Positions 1-9,691 of a stretch of 64,000 nucleotides of DNA are shown here, one piece after another; position 1 is the stretch's first letter, and each line of letters opens with the position of its first letter. This stretch comes from Meyerozyma guilliermondii (Eukaryota). The notes under the pieces were generated by a model. That model had not been told where the DNA came from. It made no database searches and was given only the letters and a program-made list of their open reading frames with translations. The stretch lies in contig CP128815.1 in assembly GCA_051546255.1 (NCBI GenBank), positions 1,240,001 to 1,304,000 of the forward strand. Reading direction: 5' to 3'. The position numbers were made by a program, and so were the translations under genes.

Positions 1-1912
1 CCAAATTGAGTTCGGCTGCTCTTTGACGCAAGAAAGGTTCGGTTGGGTTCATAAATAACTCATGATCTTTTATGGGAAGAATTGCGAAACCAATTTTATG
101 CGCAGCTTCCTGGATCATCTCCTTGCTTGGGTGAATCAACTTTGAGTAGTCCTCCATTTTTATTATTTTGAAGTTGAGTTTCTGGGCGTATTTTCTGACT
201 TCTTCCTCCGTCGGCTTGGTGGTTTTCTGTGTGAGCGTCGCAACGGTCGATTTGAGGCTCTTGTAGTCAGCTTCGGGTATGAGGGTGTGATTCAATTTTG
301 CAGCACATGATTCGAGGTGTGATAATTCCGGATTTTGCAACCTTGCAAGATCCTCATACAATTTGTTGTTGGCATCTTCGGATACCATCACGTATTTGTG
401 TGATGCGGCTTTAGCTTCCAAATATTCTAAAGATGGCTCCATAAAAGATTGTTGATCTTTCATTAGCTTCTCGTGTTCAACTTCGGGGATCGTCACCAAC
501 CCTCTCAGACGGAGCTTTTTGCGCATTTCGGTTTCATCGATTAATTCGTTGTACTCTTCACGGGTCAAAGTCTTAAGTCCTCTTGTGTCGGCTTCTTCTA
601 TTAATGCTTTCTGTGAAACCGATCGTATGTCTGATGAACAGAGATCATCGTACCGTTCTTTATCTAAGAGAACCAAACCTTTGGAATCAGCGTAATTTTT
701 CATCTCAGATTCTCTTTGAAGTGAAGATGTCTCAGTCACATCCGATTCGGAATCGGAGTCCAACTGAGGTACGTTCTCAGTGAAATTGGAAGATGCGGGT
801 CTCTCCAGCTTCGTGGATTTTGAGGGTGAAGTCTCGTTGATTCCCGCCATGAACTCATCCCATTCATTGGGTTCAGCAGAATCTTCATCCACAACGATAA
901 GCTTAGATTTTCTATTTGATGGTGTGATCGACTCAAAAGGATGTTCTGAGCTGTTATTAGTCGTGAGTTTGGCTGAGGGTGAAGCTTGCTTCAAAGATTT
1001 CGATTCTTCCAATTGCTTCAAGAAGGACGAGCGAAGCTTTGAAATAACCTTATGAGCATAATTGAGGTTAGCACTCAACGATTCTGCCCGGAGATTTGCG
1101 TCAACATCTTCTCTGAAAGATACAGTAGGAAGACTGAATGAATTGTCTAGAATGCTTTCGAGGCTCACATCAACATTATCTTCAGGTAATGATACTGGAA
1201 TCGTTTCCTTTGTCACCTCCTGTGACGAGGGTTCGAAACTCTTCAATTTTTTGTGTAGCTCGTCATTCTCATCGTTTAAAACATGGATCCTATTGTTGAG
1301 CTCTTTTCTTTCAGACTTAAATGCCAGTTTGAGGTTCAGCAATTCCTGAGTAGCCTGGAAATTCTTTACTTTCAATTCGTCATACTCCTTTTGAATTGTT
1401 TCGAGTTTTTCACTTTCGTCCTGACTCTCTTGGGTCAATTTAGCATTGGACTTGGTAAGGGTATTATTCTGTTCTTGTAGGGTAGTAACAGCAGATTCTA
1501 GCTCCCAATTCTTATCTTTTAATGCCAGCTCTTTGGAGGACAGCGACTCGTACGACGCCTTCAATCTTAACATTTGGTTCTTGACATCCTGAAGTTCTTC
1601 TGCAGCCGCCTTGGCTCTCGACTTATACTTGCGACTTTCTGCCGTGAGTCTACGGCACTCGGCCAACAAGTTTTCACTGAGTCCAACCACAAAGTTCATG
1701 TCGTTTCCTTTGGTGTCGGGACCCAAAGTTGGCGTAGCAGTTGCTATTGACGTCGATCTAGAATTGGAAGTTTTGGCAGCATTGGGATCAGTTCTTAATA
1801 TGTTTTCCTGGCTCTTCAAAGGCTCCTTCTTCGGCGCGTCAGGTTTGCGGAATAACCTCAGTTGGATATCCGACAACTGACCCCGAATGTCTTCTTTGGG
1901 GTTCCTTGACAT
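1..1912 (-). CDS. NUM1: Nuclear migration / cortical dynein anchor Num1 (5' part; runs off the window)
   Basis: ATG at 1912 (MSRNPKEDIRGQ...). N-terminal coiled coil 'NFVVGLSENLLAECRRL...LKDKNWELE' followed by Num1-type degenerate repeats ('P..E.L...A.KL...I....Y'). No stop seen before position 1, which is why it is absent from the ORF track. Confidence 0.8.
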   Translation of the reverse strand, partial: MSRNPKEDIRGQLSDIQLRLFRKPDAPKKEPLKSQENILRTDPNAAKTSNSRSTSIATATPTLGPDTKGNDMNFVVGLSENLLAECRRLTAESRKYKSRAKAAAEELQDVKNQMLRLKASYESLSSKELALKDKNWELESAVTTLQEQNNTLTKSNAKLTQESQDESEKLETIQKEYDELKVKNFQATQELLNLKLAFKSERKELNNRIHVLNDENDELHKKLKSFEPSSQEVTKETIPVSLPEDNVDVSLESILDNSFSLPTVSFREDVDANLRAESLSANLNYAHKVISKLRSSFLKQLEESKSLKQASPSAKLTTNNSSEHPFESITPSNRKSKLIVVDEDSAEPNEWDEFMAGINETSPSKSTKLERPASSNFTENVPQLDSDSESDVTETSSLQRESEMKNYADSKGLVLLDKERYDDLCSSDIRSVSQKALIEEADTRGLKTLTREEYNELIDETEMRKKLRLRGLVTIPEVEHEKLMKDQQSFMEPSLEYLEAKAASHKYVMVSEDANNKLYEDLARLQNPELSHLESCAAKLNHTLIPEADYKSLKSTVATLTQKTTKPTEEEVRKYAQKLNFKIIKMEDYSKLIHPSKEMIQEAAHKIGFAILPIKDHELFMNPTEPFLRQRAAELNL

Positions 1913-2128
1913 GGTAGTTCAGATTCAATTAACGACTTTTTCTCCGTATGGAAAATTAGCTAATCTGAGAGTATATGAGTTATAAGCTCCAAGTTATGGA
2001 AGCCTAAGATGAAGCAAAGTGTAGCAGTCTAAATGCAAATATTGGTTAAAGTTATATGTACGTTTATGATCTCATTTACATAAACAAACGTGTATGGCAC
2101 AAAAAAAGTGAGGTGGTGATTCGCTTGC

Positions 2129-3649
2129 TTAAGCTGCGTCTTTTTCTGCGGCTTGCGCCGCAGCTTTCGCAGCCGCTTTCTGCTTCCTCTTCCCAATTGT
2201 CTTTTGGAACCAGGTTATCCAGAATGGAAGCGTCAAATATTGAAACACTACCCAACCGACAAGAATTCCAAAATTGTATCCCAACTTTCCTTTCCAGGTA
2301 TTGAACAAAATCACCTTGGATATTTCTGAAGATGCATGGATGGGCATTGCGTAACCATATTTGAACACGCCAGGAAGGAGTTCGAAGGGAGCAAATGTTG
2401 GAGAGATGTTGACAAGCACCCACAAAATAAGCCAGTATCCCACCAATGGCGGATAAACGACTATAAGGATCATGGCCATGATTTCATTTGCAAGTCCAAC
2501 GGCTGCAAATGTAAGGAAGCACACCATCCAGTATACCAAGAAACCAGCATGACCAAAAGCAACTCTAAAGTCAATTTGCATTGCCAACGACACGAAACTA
2601 AAGAACAAGGACAACACAAAATATGAAAGAGTCGACGATAAAATCCGGTATCCAAGATAATGTCGGCGCTTGAGATTGAACGACAGTTCCACCACGAGAT
2701 GGACATCACTGAAAAAACCCACCTGGAAGAATGTCAAGATGATCATATAGATTAGACCCACTTGGTTAGGTGCCACTAACACAGGGTTGGTGTATTCAAT
2801 AATGTCATAGTAGGCAAACGTGAGAGGGGTGGTTGCGAGTCTTACCGAGTTTCTATTAGAAAGAACGTCGGATGAATTGTCCATATTTTCGATTAATGCC
2901 AGGGTCACGTTCGGTTGAGCCGCTAACCATAACTTCTCTATGGCATTTATACTGGGATGCACATACTGGGCCATGTTTAAAAAGTCACGACCTGTCTCAT
3001 AAATCAGGACAATGGTATTATTGGTGGCATTATACGATGCATCTCCCTGTTGTATCGCTTGGTAAAGGTTATATGAAGCATTGGGTTTGATGTAGATAGA
3101 CGACCAATACTTCTGATGATGGATAATTCGCTCAATCTCTTGTTCTACCGAATTGTTGTTATGTTTTAAACCCAGTTCTCGAATATCGTTATAGGTGCGA
3201 ATATCCCATGTACCATAATGTTTGGCTGTGGTGGTGTTGAGAAGCGACCTCATTTCGTTTCCAATGACAGGCTCGACCCCATTTATCGTCTCCGAGTCAC
3301 CCATAACCACCAACATATGGAAGTTTTTGATCTTATCGTTCCTCTTGTACAGGGCACCCCAGTAAATGGAGAATATACCAAGGGTCAAGACTCCCATCAT
3401 GACATAGATCAACACAAACTTGATTCCTAAACGAGACCTTTGCGCCCTCAACGACTGGTTAAAAAACGAATACCTCGATTGCACCTTCTCCAATATCGAT
3501 TGGCGTCTGGAAAGGTTCCGAGAAGCTTGGTCATCGCTATCGTCATACTGCTGAGATTCCCCGCCTGTGAAAGCCACTGGTTCTACAGGACGCTCGCCTG
3601 TGCTGTCCGTCAGTTGACCTGACGATATCGACTGCTTTCCCTGTTCCAT
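2129..3649 (-). CDS. SNG1: Sng1-family (DUF3533) multi-TM membrane protein, nitrosoguanidine resistance
   Basis: 'FSIYWGALY', 'HHQKYWSSIYIKPNAS', 'YETGRD', 'QVGLIYMIILTFFQ', 'YGYAMPIH' motifs; next to PMT6 as in S. cerevisiae (YGR197C/YGR199W). Confidence 0.85.
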   Translation of the reverse strand: MEQGKQSISSGQLTDSTGERPVEPVAFTGGESQQYDDSDDQASRNLSRRQSILEKVQSRYSFFNQSLRAQRSRLGIKFVLIYVMMGVLTLGIFSIYWGALYKRNDKIKNFHMLVVMGDSETINGVEPVIGNEMRSLLNTTTAKHYGTWDIRTYNDIRELGLKHNNNSVEQEIERIIHHQKYWSSIYIKPNASYNLYQAIQQGDASYNATNNTIVLIYETGRDFLNMAQYVHPSINAIEKLWLAAQPNVTLALIENMDNSSDVLSNRNSVRLATTPLTFAYYDIIEYTNPVLVAPNQVGLIYMIILTFFQVGFFSDVHLVVELSFNLKRRHYLGYRILSSTLSYFVLSLFFSFVSLAMQIDFRVAFGHAGFLVYWMVCFLTFAAVGLANEIMAMILIVVYPPLVGYWLILWVLVNISPTFAPFELLPGVFKYGYAMPIHASSEISKVILFNTWKGKLGYNFGILVGWVVFQYLTLPFWITWFQKTIGKRKQKAAAKAAAQAAEKDAA

Positions 3650-3775
3650 TGCCTCAAGAATATGGACTTGAAGGGCTCAAGTATTTATTATATACGCTTT
3701 CGAAAAATAAACGCTTGTGCATAATTCTGCATAGGGCGTGCGGCCCGGCATAACCGGATTGTGTCAAAATTGCAC

Positions 3776-4172
3776 TTAGTAATACATCAAAGGTGGCACA
3801 ATGAAATTTTTAAAAGCCAAATAATAGGTTATAAGCCTCGTGGCTACCGTATGTTCGATAATTAGTGACATTGACCCACTGTAAACTCTTGGTGTTCTTG
3901 TCCATTTACTCTTATCTTTTCGCACCTCTATTTTCCAATGCCTTCGCGCGGCTGAGCTTCGGTGGACTAGCGGAAGACATTTATCATCAATGTTGTGAAT
4001 TAGTCAGCGGAAATGCAGTGGTAAGGACGCAAAATCATCTAGATAAGACTGAGCGCACTCTTCGTTGACAAGTGATGTCATCCAAATACCCCCTTCTGCG
4101 TCATCGAAAACAACCTTGCATTTCGGCTATGAAGCTCTTCGGCCGAAACATCGGTTGGCCGAAACGTCGGTT
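3776..4172. promoter_or_regulatory. SNG1/PMT6 divergent promoter: Yap1/Cap1 elements and zinc-cluster CGG repeat
   Basis: TTAGTAA 3776-3782, TTAGTCA 4000-4006, tandem GGCCGAAACRTCGGTT x2 at 4141-4172. Confidence 0.45.
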
Positions 4173-4871
4173 TCTCAGCCGTTGCATTTTCTTCGGCGGT
4201 TAAGTCCCGTGTGTATTAGTGCTATATTTGGCACTTAGATACACAGTTTGAATGCAGGCAGATGGCTAACGGGACGAGAGGCACTTAAAGAACGCAAAAT
4301 AGCGCAAAGCGCGAATCACTGATTTCTTGTTATCAACCACGGACAAAACAGAAATTGTTCGTCTTGCAAGTAGACTATGCGATTGCAAAAGTAGATAAAG
4401 TAGCTTAGAGTCGGTTCCAGAATATTCTGCTGAGTGTTTTCATTTTGCATTTTTTAGGTATTCACAACTTTTTAATGCTTAGGTTGCACCTCGTAAGTCG
4501 TGAAGGTCAATGCACCAAAATATCAATTATTAGTTTGGCTTGAGTTCGAGAAGTACGCAACGATGAAATAATGATATGTTTTACAGCTGTGTACTAGTAC
4601 ACCGTACTTGACTTACAAATCCAGAATAAATCCTCGCTGTCAAGTAAACCTTGGGCAGTACACCAGTACTCACAAACGTCCAACTTGATCAATTTCAAGA
4701 CTTCTCTCTTCAAAAATAGCTTTGGTGAAGTAGACTACAATTTGCCTTCTTTATTCTTTGATAATAAGGAAACGTGCTGTGCAAAGCCTCAGCGGCAGCA
4801 TTCCGTATGGCCTGTATCCAACCCGCGAACAGATCGTTGATATTTTTCCTGTACACTGGCTAGGCGACAAG

Positions 4872-7175
4872 ATGGAGGTGAAGACCTCAGGAAACGACTT
4901 TGGCGTCTCTCGAAATGACCTTAGGAGACGTAACCTTGCTTCTGAACAGGACGAGGTGGAGGAGATTATCCAAAAAACCTCCAATCTTCATATTGACACG
5001 AAAACAAAATCTCGCGGCATAGCCTGGTTCTGGAAAACTTATGGTTCCATTTTAATTTTGACATTATTATCGGCCTTTGTTCGGTTGTATAGAATCAATG
5101 CCTCCAATCAAGTGGTGTGGGATGAGGCGCATTTTGGAAAGTTTGGTTCCCATTATCTTAAACGAGAATTTTATTTTGATGTTCATCCACCACTTGGAAA
5201 ATTGTTAGTGGGATTGTCTGGTTATATTGCAGATTACGAGGGCAACTTCCTGTTTGAGAGCGGTGAAATCTTTCCTGATGATTGCAATTATGTTATCATG
5301 CGAGTTTTCAATTGTATGTTTGGTATCTTATGTACACCATTGGCCTACAAGACGGCGGTGCTAGCTGGTTACAATACGTGGACGGTATGGCTCATTTCGT
5401 TGATGGTGATTTTTGAGATGATTTCTTTGACATTATCCAAGTTTATTTTGTTGGATTCAATGCTTCTTTTCTTCACCGTACTTTGCTACTTTTGTCTCGT
5501 GAAAATTCATATGCTTCGTGTTCAGCAGAAACTCTTGACTAAAATGGGCTTTAAGTGGTTTCTTATCACAGGTATGTCAATTGGTTGTGTTTGTTCGGTT
5601 AAATGGGTTGGTTTGTTTGTCACTGCCTTGGTAGGCTTTTACATCATTTACGATTTGCTTATCAAGTTTTACCAGGTTACAAGCACCAAAAATAGCCTTT
5701 CATTCGCACAGTACTTGAAGCATTGGTTTGTGAGAATCGTGACATTGATAATTGTTCCTTTTCTAATCTATTTGGCTTGCTTCAAGGTTCATTTCCTCGT
5801 CCTTAACAGCTCAGGTACAGGTGACGGTTCCGTATCGACGTTGCTCCAAGCATCCTTGAAAAATAATGGGATAGAGTACGGTCCTCGTTCTATAGCGTTT
5901 GGCTCACTAGTCACTTTACGTTCTCAAGGTCTCTCTCCAAATTTGTTGCATTCCCATCCACATGTATATCCGCAAGGTTCACAACAGCAGCAGATTACCA
6001 CCTACGGGTTCAAGGACGACAATAATCAGTTCATCATTGAGTTTGACTTGGAAGCTGGTGCTAGAGGAGAGTTTGCTTCGATGGAGCCTCTTGACAACCA
6101 AAGTTACTCCTTCACAACCTTGGTGAAAAATGGCGATACTATTAGGTTGCTCCATAAGCTCAGCGGGTGCCTTTTACATTCGCATATGATTCCATCTTTT
6201 ATTCTGACTTCACAGAAGGAAGTGTCTTGTTATTCGGATCTTGAAGGCAGCGATGAAAAGGACGAATGGGTGGTGGAAATTCAGGAACAAGACCAGCCAT
6301 TATCACCAGAACATCAGAATGAAGCTCCCGATGAAGTGCATCCTATCACGACAAACTTTCGTTTACGTCACAAAGTTTTAGGGTGTTATTTGGCAACTAC
6401 TGGCTACTCTTATCCAGCTTGGGGTTACCAACAGGGTGAAGTAGTGTGCAAGCATACTCTTCTTAGTAGAGACAAGAGCACTTGGTGGAATGTGGAGGAC
6501 CACAAGAACGATGCACTTCCACAACCAGAAGCCGAGTTCATTCCACCAAAACCCAAATTTTGGAAAGAGTTTGTGCTCATAAATTATGGGATGATGGCCT
6601 CGAATAGCGCACTTGTTCCCGATCCCGATAAATTCGACAAGTTATCTTCTGAATGGTGGGAATGGCCTATAACCAGAAGCGGCCTTCGTATGTGTGGTTG
6701 GGGCATGTCGGTAACGAAATATTTCTTGGTTGGGCATCCTCTAATCAACTGGTTTTCTACATTCTGTTTGCTCGTGAGTTTGATATACTTCAGTGTCAAG
6801 TTGTGGCGTTGGCAGCGTCAAAGGGATTACTATCCAAATGGGGTGTTCAGCGTCCAGTGGGATTCACTTATAGTGCAAGGAATATTGCCCATATTGGGGT
6901 GGATACTTCATTATTTGCCGTTTGTTGCAATGTCCAGGGTTACTTATGTCCATCACTACGCTCCAGCATTGTATTTTGCAATCTTTGTTACTGGATTTGT
7001 TGTGGAAAGAGTAGTCTATAACCACTTGAACAGAACGATTGCAAGAGGTTTCTACATTATCCTTTATTTGGCTATAATTCTTGGGTTTATATACTTGAAG
7101 GATCTTGCCTTTGGAATGGAGGGACCGTCGAATGCCTATCGTCACCTCAAGGTCCTCAGCACCTGGATGATCTAG
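4872..7175 (+). CDS. PMT6: Dolichyl-phosphate-mannose protein O-mannosyltransferase (PMT2 subfamily)
   Basis: 'VVWDEAHFGKFGSHY...FDVHPPLGK', MIR domains ('LHSH', 'FRLRH'), 'RVTYVHHYAPAL'. First ATG at 4872 (the track start is a TTG). PMT6 chosen from synteny with SNG1. Confidence 0.85.
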   Translation: MEVKTSGNDFGVSRNDLRRRNLASEQDEVEEIIQKTSNLHIDTKTKSRGIAWFWKTYGSILILTLLSAFVRLYRINASNQVVWDEAHFGKFGSHYLKREFYFDVHPPLGKLLVGLSGYIADYEGNFLFESGEIFPDDCNYVIMRVFNCMFGILCTPLAYKTAVLAGYNTWTVWLISLMVIFEMISLTLSKFILLDSMLLFFTVLCYFCLVKIHMLRVQQKLLTKMGFKWFLITGMSIGCVCSVKWVGLFVTALVGFYIIYDLLIKFYQVTSTKNSLSFAQYLKHWFVRIVTLIIVPFLIYLACFKVHFLVLNSSGTGDGSVSTLLQASLKNNGIEYGPRSIAFGSLVTLRSQGLSPNLLHSHPHVYPQGSQQQQITTYGFKDDNNQFIIEFDLEAGARGEFASMEPLDNQSYSFTTLVKNGDTIRLLHKLSGCLLHSHMIPSFILTSQKEVSCYSDLEGSDEKDEWVVEIQEQDQPLSPEHQNEAPDEVHPITTNFRLRHKVLGCYLATTGYSYPAWGYQQGEVVCKHTLLSRDKSTWWNVEDHKNDALPQPEAEFIPPKPKFWKEFVLINYGMMASNSALVPDPDKFDKLSSEWWEWPITRSGLRMCGWGMSVTKYFLVGHPLINWFSTFCLLVSLIYFSVKLWRWQRQRDYYPNGVFSVQWDSLIVQGILPILGWILHYLPFVAMSRVTYVHHYAPALYFAIFVTGFVVERVVYNHLNRTIARGFYIILYLAIILGFIYLKDLAFGMEGPSNAYRHLKVLSTWMI

Positions 7176-7343
7176 ATATACATGGTGGTGATCAATGGAG
7201 TTCCTGCACACATACCATGACAGAGTCCGATTTCGCACTAGAAAATTTACATCAGTAATATACACTTCTACGATCGTTTAGACACTTTTGTTTTTCAAGC
7301 TTCAGAGACTAAAAATATTAGAGACTACGAACATCAGAACGTA

Positions 7344-8177
7344 ATGGAGAGCTACGAGAACGAGTACATTGAGGATGGAGAAGACTTAGAGCTTTCCCAA
7401 CACCGACCCGAGACTGCCTCACAGAGCCAACCTGAGACACAAAACGTCGTTGATGAAGCCGAATTACTTGCCGCTCAGGCTGCTGCTGAGGAGGCCGCAG
7501 CGCAACAGCAGCACCAGCCAGGCGGTGCCTTTCACAACGTAGGTCAAGGTTTGACCGGAAGATATCGTGATATGATGATGCAGTACTGGCAAGAAACGAT
7601 CAACTCGATCGAGCACGATGACCACGATTTCAAAAACCACCAGCTTCCGTTGGCCAGAATCAAAAAAGTGATGAAGACAGACGAAGATGTGAAAATGATC
7701 AGTGCTGAAGCACCTATTTTGTTTGCCAAAGGGTGCGATGTGTTCATAACGGAATTGACCATGAGAGCGTGGATACATGCCGAAGAGAATAAGAGAAGAA
7801 CGTTGCAGAAATCTGATATAGCAGCTGCACTTACTAAGAGTGACATGTTTGACTTTTTAATCGATGTGGTTCCACGAGAAGAAGAAAAACCAAAAAAAGC
7901 AGCCTACATGAGTGCTGCCATGTCTCGACCCACTTACAGCACCAATTACTCACATCATCAGGTTCAACTTGCTCACCCTCTGCAAGAAGCTGTCAATGGT
8001 GACGCTTCGATCAAGAACGGAGCACAGCCCATTGAAGGCACTAGCAGTGAATTGCACGAGCAAGAAGTCAAGTCCGAAGAAATTGCACAAGAAGAACTGT
8101 ATACTAATAATCACGAGGCTTCGAGAACCGGCTCACAAACTTTGGAGCAAGATGAAGGTTTTGGAGAGATACCGTGA
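7344..8177 (+). CDS. HAP5: CCAAT-binding complex subunit Hap5 (NF-YC histone fold)
   Basis: '[37 protein letters not shown]...[13 protein letters not shown]...[10 protein letters not shown]'. Confidence 0.95.
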   Translation: MESYENEYIEDGEDLELSQHRPETASQSQPETQNVVDEAELLAAQAAAEEAAAQQQHQPGGAFHNVGQGLTGRYRDMMMQYWQETINSIEHDDHDFKNHQLPLARIKKVMKTDEDVKMISAEAPILFAKGCDVFITELTMRAWIHAEENKRRTLQKSDIAAALTKSDMFDFLIDVVPREEEKPKKAAYMSAAMSRPTYSTNYSHHQVQLAHPLQEAVNGDASIKNGAQPIEGTSSELHEQEVKSEEIAQEELYTNNHEASRTGSQTLEQDEGFGEIP

Positions 8178-8385
8178 AAACAAAAAATAGAGAGGAACTC
8201 AAAGTATATCACTGCATTTTGACAGCGAATTGACCCGCAAGTCATTTGAGCCACATTGTGGGGTTTTAGGTATGGCGTTAACTGGCCACGGCCGAAGCGG
8301 TTATCCTGCACAAAAACCATTGCTACCCCCGGCGAATGATATAAATTGCAAAGAATTGGTGCGAATATAAATTGAATGGAGGACT

Positions 8386-9111
8386 ATGCTCAATTGTTTG
8401 AGAACCGGATTTATCAAACATAAAGTAGCTTATCGTTCTATCCCCAGATTCAATCTCAGCAAACATACACCTTCCAGAGTATCAGCAATGACATTGGTTA
8501 CTATTTCGCAATCGTTAGATGAAGCTTATGTTAAGCATAAAATCATTCCGGACGTGGTTGACAAGTTCGACACCGAGGGATTGTTGACTATCGAGTACAA
8601 TGGAAAAGATCAAGTGGCATTGGGAAACACATTGAAGGTTGCCGAAACCCAAGAAAGACCCACAATTCAATTCACGCTCAATTCTCTGGGCCAGGAGGAA
8701 GAAATGCTGGTGGCAGATAAAGACCGTTTCACGTTGATTTTGACCGACCCAGATGCACCATCTAACACTGACCATAAGTGGTCTGAGTATGCCCATTGGA
8801 TTGTCACAGACTTGCCTTTGAATGCTACTGGCAAAGATGCCGAGTCGCTCAGCACAATTCTCGACTACAAGAAGGGCAAGGAAATCTTACCTTACGTTGG
8901 CCCTGCACCACCTGAGGGAACTGGTAAACATCGTTATGTTTTCCTACTTTACAAGCAGGACCCAGCAGCACTGCTCGCGGCACCCAAGGATAGACCAAAC
9001 TGGGGCACTGGTGTCCCATCGTCTGGCGTTAGAGACTGGATCAAGAAAAACGGGGGTAAGCTGCAATTGTTGGGAGTGAACTTTTTTTACGCCCAGAATG
9101 AAAAGCAATGA
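8386..9111 (+). CDS. TFS1: PEBP-family carboxypeptidase Y inhibitor Tfs1 (second in-frame start at 8488)
   Basis: 'TLILTDPDAPS...WSEYAHW', 'YVGPAPPEGTGKHRYVFLLYKQ', 'DRPNWG'. Confidence 0.9.
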   Translation: MLNCLRTGFIKHKVAYRSIPRFNLSKHTPSRVSAMTLVTISQSLDEAYVKHKIIPDVVDKFDTEGLLTIEYNGKDQVALGNTLKVAETQERPTIQFTLNSLGQEEEMLVADKDRFTLILTDPDAPSNTDHKWSEYAHWIVTDLPLNATGKDAESLSTILDYKKGKEILPYVGPAPPEGTGKHRYVFLLYKQDPAALLAAPKDRPNWGTGVPSSGVRDWIKKNGGKLQLLGVNFFYAQNEKQ

Positions 9112-9150
9112 ACGTATATTATGAACGGTAATAGATACTGATACTACAAA

Positions 9151-9582
9151 TTAGCCCCTTCTCTGCCGACTATAATCCCTAGGACTCACAACCAAACCCT
9201 TTCCTTTGTGTGCTCCTCTGTAAATCGTTTCTATGATATCAATAAGTTCCTGCTTTTCCGTTAGTCGAAAGTTGAGCTTATTATTATTTCCAGTTCCAAA
9301 ATCACACATCATATGCTTATTTCGATAAAAAAACATCACTGTGCACGGATCATAGAGCTCATACATGGTGTTAAAATCGGGCACCTCATCAGTATCACAT
9401 AAATATATAGCCGCAAAATTACGCACCTTCTCGGCCACCCCATATAATAGCTCATCCATTATCATACATTCCTTATCATTATCTTTTCCAAATCGTATAA
9501 CAACAAGTCTTTCATCCTCTGAGAGAATAGCTTGGTCTACGTGCCAGCCGGTATGCAAATGCGGAAGAAAAACAGATCCCAT
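9151..9582 (-). CDS. DIB1: U5 snRNP thioredoxin-like protein Dib1/Dim1
   Basis: 'MGSVFLPHLHTGWHVDQAILSE...VPDFNTMYELYDP...GTGNNNK...GKGLVVSPRDYS'. Conserved start at 9582. Confidence 0.95.
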   Translation of the reverse strand: MGSVFLPHLHTGWHVDQAILSEDERLVVIRFGKDNDKECMIMDELLYGVAEKVRNFAAIYLCDTDEVPDFNTMYELYDPCTVMFFYRNKHMMCDFGTGNNNKLNFRLTEKQELIDIIETIYRGAHKGKGLVVSPRDYSRQRRG

Positions 9583-9691
9583 GAATGCAAGTAGAAGAAA
9601 GAAGAGGAATATCGATGAGCGCGCAAACACCGCGCTTCGTGCGGCGGTGAGGGTTCCAAAATATTTTGCACCCACCACAAATACCAACATC

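Noticed and set aside
583..1880. Several short plus-strand ORFs
   Set aside because: Antisense shadows of the NUM1 coding region.
4656..4669. CAGTACACCAGTAC, ~1.75 units complementary to the ACTGGTGT telomere repeat reported for M. guilliermondii; considered as a telomerase RNA template
   Set aside because: Only about 200 bp remain before the PMT6 ATG, too little for the pseudoknot, three-way junction and Sm site. The species is also unconfirmed.
9365..9691. N-terminal 109 aa of the 249-aa track ORF overlapping DIB1
   Set aside because: Antisense to DIB1 and its promoter; the eIF4E-like similarity starts after ATG 9692, which has a good context.
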